Assembly: GCF_945271295.1 (NCBI RefSeq)
Contig: NZ_CALYPG010000002.1
From: an uncultured Gilliamella sp.
Lineage (GTDB): Bacteria; Pseudomonadota; Gammaproteobacteria; Enterobacterales; Orbaceae
Reading direction: 5' to 3' (one strand)
Length of the DNA stretch: 40,000 nucleotides
The stretch's first letter is position 1. Each line of letters begins with the position of its first letter. A program made the position numbers and the translations under genes. The notes under the pieces were generated by a model. The model had not been told where the DNA came from, made no database searches, and worked only from the letters and a program-made list of their open reading frames with translations. This document shows positions 36,150 to 40,000 of this stretch, piece after piece.

Positions 36150-36699
36150 TTCTTTATCTCCTAAAAAATAGAATTAGTTAAAATTACAAAGAATTAATAA
36201 ATGTAAAACATGAATGTACTTATTGATGGAACGGATATACCATACAGTAGTCTATAAAAAGCTTTAAAGATTTTTATAAATACCTTTATCAAACATAAAA
36301 TTGTTCATGGTTAATCTATCTAAAGAATAGACTTAAATTCAAATACGCAGTGCAATAAAAGAATGGTGATAATAAAAAAGGTAAGTCATTTATAATAATT
36401 AATCTGTCACCGACCAAAGTTGAGATTGCATCATGAAATATAAATAACTTACCTGTACAGAAAGATACCATATTTTTTACCTTAAGCATAGTGTTTGAAG
36501 AAAAATCATTGCTCAAACACCAGCAAGGTATGTATCGACTATTTATCGCAAACTCAAACACAATAAAAACCATCAAGGCTATTCCTACCATAGCATAGTA
36601 AGGCGCATAATATAGGAAACTCGATTCGCAGTTAGCTTTTGAACCTGCAATTAAATTTTATACTGAAACGTATGGCACTCCTGAAACTTTTTGACAAAA

Positions 36700-36726
36700 G
36701 GAACATCATTATGTTCCTTTTGTGTT
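36700..36726 (+). terminator. Orphan rho-independent terminator-like hairpin upstream of glnD
   Basis: GGAACAT-catt-ATGTTCC is followed by TTTTGTGTT and preceded by ACAAAA. No annotated plus-strand gene lies upstream of it. Confidence 0.4.
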
Positions 36727-36833
36727 ATTAAACCCATCATCAACTAATGTAAATTAATTTCTTGTAACTTGACAGTTATTTAAAATCGCGTAACGATATA
36801 GTTATTGAATTTACTTAATTTAATATTACTACT

Positions 36834-39488
36834 ATGAATGAAACTCATTTGTTTTACCCTGTTTCTCCCCTTGATTTCAGTGATGAACAGATAAATATTA
36901 ATTATCTCAAGCAACAACTTGATGAGTTTCAACAATGGTCAATAACCCAATTCAAACATGATGTTGATATTGACATATTAGTACATTTACGAAGTTCGTT
37001 TATTGATCAGCTACTAAAACGATTATGGTATTACCATCAAATTCCTGATCATGTTTCATCACTATTTAAACGTAATCACATCGCCTTAATTGCTGTTGGC
37101 GGTTATGGTCGAGCAGAACTTCATCCTTTATCTGATATTGATATTTTGATTTTAAGTGATTTCCCATTGACTAATGATCTTGAAAAAAAGATTGGTAATT
37201 TAGTCCGTTTACTTTGGGATCTGCATTTAGATATTGGTCACAGTGTAAGAACATTAAAAACCTGTCTGCAAGAAGCTAAAAATGATATCACTATCATGAC
37301 CAATCTAATTGAGTCAAGGATCATTTCTGGTAATGAGTCATTATTAAATGAGCTTCGTAAGCAAATTTTCAGCGATAAAATTTGGCCGTCCCCGGCTTTT
37401 TATCAAGCAAAAATTAAGGAACAGGAAGAACGCCATAAACAATATCATAGCACCAGTTATAATCTTGAACCTGATTTAAAAAATAGCCTGGGTGGTTTAC
37501 GTGATATCCAAATCATCCAATGGATTGCCATTCGTCACTTTGGTCGAGAATTTTTACAAAAAATAGCTAATTTTAACTTTTTGTTACCTGAAGAGATCGA
37601 AGAATTTAAGACATGTCGTAAATTTTTATGGCGCATCCGTTTTGCTCTTCATTGTGTAATTAACCGTTATGACAACCGATTACTATTTGATCGTCAACTT
37701 AGTATTGCTACTATGTTAGGTTATAGTGGGGAAGGTAATACACCCGTAGAAAAGATGATGCATGATTATTATCGCATTGCGCACAATATTACCGAACTTA
37801 ATCAAATGTTATTACAACTGTTTGATGAATCAATACTTGAACTTAATCCCAAAAATAAACCTTATGATATTGATGAGCATTTTCAAATAAGGGAAAAATT
37901 AATTGATGTTAAAGATAATAATATCTTTAATAAAAATCCTGTCATGATTATGCAGCTTTTCTATACTATTTTACTTAATCCGCAAGTTATCGGTCTTTAT
38001 TCTAACACGATAAGGCAATTACGATCAGCAAGGGCAAAATTACCTAAATTGCTTTGTGAAGATCCTAAAGCCAGAGAGCTTTTTATGTTGATCATCAAAC
38101 ACCCTGATGCCATTAAAAAAGCCATTTTACCGATGCACCAATATGGAATTCTAGCTACTTACATCCCAGGTTGGAAGAATATTACAGGAATGATGCAATT
38201 TGATCTTTTCCATGTCTATACTGTTGACGAGCATACTATCAGGTTACTACTTGAACTAGACAGCTTAAAAACAGAAAGTGGCAAACAAAAACATCCGAGT
38301 AGTTCTAAAGTATTTGCCAAATTATCCAAACCTGAATTATTAATTATCACCGGATTATTTCATGACATAGGTAAAGGTCGACATGGCGATCATTCCGAAA
38401 TTGGTGCTCACTTGGTTGCAGATTTTTGTCATTTGCATCAATTGGATATTAAAGATATTGATTTAATTGTCTGGTTAGTCCGATCGCATTTACTTATGTC
38501 AATAACTGCTCAAAGTCGTGATTTGCAAGATCCGGATGTTATTCGGGAATTTATTCAACAGGTAAAAAGTAAACGTCGTTTACAGTATTTACTTTGTTTG
38601 ACTGTAGCCGATGTTTGTGCCACCAACGAAACGCTATGGAATAGTTGGAAGCAAAGCCTAATGCGTCAACTTTATTTGACAGTAGAACATTCTTTTGATT
38701 CTGGTATTCATCAAATTCCAGAGCAACGAAGTATTGCACGGCAACATAAACAAGAGGCACTAGCAATATTGCTAGAACAAGGTTATAACGAGTTAAAAAT
38801 TAAAAATTTTTGGCAAGATTATCGAGTTGACTATTTTCTACGTTATACAACTGAACAAATTGTTTGGCATGCACAAAATTTATTACAACATGATTTGATG
38901 CAAACATTAGTATTGGTCAATTCAGATCCTTATCATGGTGGAAGTGAGATCTTTATTTATTCGCCGGATAAGCCTTATCTATTTGCAACAACCTGTAATG
39001 TACTAAACATGCATAATTTAAATATCCATGACGCACTCATCATTACAAATAAAAAAGGGTTTGCTCTTGATACATTTATTGTATTAGAACCAAATGGGCG
39101 AACTGTGCAACAAGATCGTCATTATGGCATTGTAACAGCGCTTGAAAAAGCATTACAACATCCTATTTATAAAGGAAGTAGGATAAAACCCCCTAAGCAA
39201 CGTTTACGCTCATTTTCAGTACCAACTCAGATCAATTTTTTATCTGCTTTTAATGATAACCAAACATATATGGAACTCATTGCACTTGATAGGCCAGGAT
39301 TACTTGCTTGCGTCGGTGAAGTATTTGCTGATTTAGATTTATCATTAAGTAGTGCTAAAATTGCCACTATTGGTGAACATATTGAAGATTTATTTATTTT
39401 AACTGATAAAAACAGTAAAGCTCTCAATGATAATACTTGCCAAAAACTACGCGAATCAATAATAACTGCTATTGACTCAATGAATTAA
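36834..39488 (+). CDS. glnD: Bifunctional [protein-PII] uridylyltransferase / uridylyl-removing enzyme
   Basis: The 884-aa ORF carries the nucleotidyltransferase motif AVGGYGRAELHPLSDIDILIL and the HD domain GLFHDIGKGRHGDHSEIGA. Two C-terminal ACT-like domains follow (…MELIALDRPGLLACVGEVFADL…). Confidence 0.95.
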   Translation: MNETHLFYPVSPLDFSDEQININYLKQQLDEFQQWSITQFKHDVDIDILVHLRSSFIDQLLKRLWYYHQIPDHVSSLFKRNHIALIAVGGYGRAELHPLSDIDILILSDFPLTNDLEKKIGNLVRLLWDLHLDIGHSVRTLKTCLQEAKNDITIMTNLIESRIISGNESLLNELRKQIFSDKIWPSPAFYQAKIKEQEERHKQYHSTSYNLEPDLKNSLGGLRDIQIIQWIAIRHFGREFLQKIANFNFLLPEEIEEFKTCRKFLWRIRFALHCVINRYDNRLLFDRQLSIATMLGYSGEGNTPVEKMMHDYYRIAHNITELNQMLLQLFDESILELNPKNKPYDIDEHFQIREKLIDVKDNNIFNKNPVMIMQLFYTILLNPQVIGLYSNTIRQLRSARAKLPKLLCEDPKARELFMLIIKHPDAIKKAILPMHQYGILATYIPGWKNITGMMQFDLFHVYTVDEHTIRLLLELDSLKTESGKQKHPSSSKVFAKLSKPELLIITGLFHDIGKGRHGDHSEIGAHLVADFCHLHQLDIKDIDLIVWLVRSHLLMSITAQSRDLQDPDVIREFIQQVKSKRRLQYLLCLTVADVCATNETLWNSWKQSLMRQLYLTVEHSFDSGIHQIPEQRSIARQHKQEALAILLEQGYNELKIKNFWQDYRVDYFLRYTTEQIVWHAQNLLQHDLMQTLVLVNSDPYHGGSEIFIYSPDKPYLFATTCNVLNMHNLNIHDALIITNKKGFALDTFIVLEPNGRTVQQDRHYGIVTALEKALQHPIYKGSRIKPPKQRLRSFSVPTQINFLSAFNDNQTYMELIALDRPGLLACVGEVFADLDLSLSSAKIATIGEHIEDLFILTDKNSKALNDNTCQKLRESIITAIDSMN

Positions 39489-39512
39489 TTTAATTAACTA
39501 AAGATAAAACTT

Positions 39513-40000
39513 ATGCAATTTTTTATTATTTTGTTCCCCATCTTTTGTATTTTTATTGTCGGATTTATTGCGCAAAAAGTGTTAAATTTTGATGTCGCTA
39601 ATCTCTCCAAAATGTCACTGTATGTGCTATCACCATTTTTAGCTTTCAAGACATTTTACACACATACTTTAACTACAGACTATTTGTTGTATATTTTTTA
39701 TATTTTTGGCTTGTGTTTTGCATTAGTGATCATTGTGTCTATTTGGTCATTTATCATGAAATATTCAAGTAAAGAGCGCTGTGCCATGATTTTAAGTTCC
39801 TGTTTTATGAATAATGGTAATTATGGTACACCAGTATTGTTAATATTTTTTGGCTCAGTTGGATTTGATCTTGGTGTAATTATGATGGTGTTACAGCAAT
39901 TTGTAATGAGTACAGTCGGCATATATTATGCGGCTAAAGGCAGTGCACGTAATGATATTGTCGGTCAAAAAGATGTAATTAAGAAAGTTGTTCGTATGCC
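39513..40000 (+). CDS. AEC (auxin efflux carrier) family membrane transporter, 5' part only
   Basis: The ATG at 39513 opens a frame that runs to the window edge: MQFFIILFPIFCIFIVGFIAQKVLNFDVANLSKMSLYVLSPFLAFKTF...SSCFMNNGNYGTPVLL. The hydrophobic N-terminus and the NxGxxGxP-like block are typical of PF03547-type permeases. Confidence 0.7.
   Translation, partial: MQFFIILFPIFCIFIVGFIAQKVLNFDVANLSKMSLYVLSPFLAFKTFYTHTLTTDYLLYIFYIFGLCFALVIIVSIWSFIMKYSSKERCAMILSSCFMNNGNYGTPVLLIFFGSVGFDLGVIMMVLQQFVMSTVGIYYAAKGSARNDIVGQKDVIKKVVRM

Noticed and set aside
36250-36290. A possible sigma28 promoter for the flagellin gene; the minus strand contains TAAAGCTT, a good -35 match to TAAAGTTT.
   Set aside because: No GCCGATAA-like -10 element follows at the required spacing of about 11 nt (the sequence there is CTGTATGG). 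I could not support a sigma28 call from the sequence.
36316-36591. This is a 91-aa minus-strand ORF in the flagellin-glnD intergenic region.
   Set aside because: It has no RBS and an odd Phe/Ile/Leu/Cys-rich composition typical of random AT-rich frames, with no recognisable motif. It is kept only as a remote possibility.
33984-36833. Idea that the methyltransferase and flagellin are a genomic island integrated at selC.
   Set aside because: There is no integrase and no direct repeat of the tRNA 3' end anywhere I could see. The genes lie on the 5' side of the tRNA, whereas canonical tRNA-targeting islands insert at the 3' end. It is retained only as context in the flagellin finding.
1-40000. 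A search by eye for CRISPR arrays, IS elements or transposases, integrons, prophage genes, toxin-antitoxin pairs and known defence-system signatures.
   Set aside because: I noticed no spaced direct-repeat arrays, terminal inverted repeats, recombinase or transposase motifs, or typical defence ATPase or nuclease gene pairs. All sizeable ORFs are accounted for by the annotations above.

Overview
This is an AT-rich gammaproteobacterial chromosomal segment. The proteins align by eye with my recollection of the E. coli Hyf, Hyp, Sel and FdhF sequences. No database search or computation was run, and all folds and alignments were done by eye.

Layout:
- rlmD (3' end truncated by the window edge) and coaD.
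- Two tandem paralogous secreted proteins of unknown function, in a visibly more AT-rich stretch, followed by about 630 bp of non-coding DNA.
- A roughly 29-kb formate-to-H2 plus selenium block (4820-34152).
- A SAM methyltransferase, a short isolated flagellin gene, glnD and the start of an AEC-family transporter.

Contents of the 29-kb block:
- yedE, a YedE-family putative selenium or sulfur transporter.
- A 13-gene minus-strand operon, hyfABCDEFGHIJ-hycI-hydN-fdhF. This is a hydrogenase-4-type formate hydrogenlyase. Its fdhF carries an in-frame UGA selenocysteine codon followed by a SECIS hairpin.
- A 640-bp divergent control region with two sigma54-type promoters flanking an array of TGTCGA/TCGACA half-sites.
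- hypABCDEF, then an FhlA/HyfR-type sigma54 activator, followed directly by selA-selD-selB.
- A convergent tRNA-Sec (selC).

I saw no CRISPR array, IS element, integrase or recognisable defence system. The items most worth a second look:
- The uncharacterised paralog pair.
- The unusual geometry of the tRNA-Sec acceptor and T arms.
- A GAFTNA variant of the sigma54-contact loop in the activator.
- The physical clustering of the whole Sec-decoding trait with its one visible client selenoprotein.
- The orphan minimal flagellin with an adjacent methyltransferase.
- Several small non-coding oddities.
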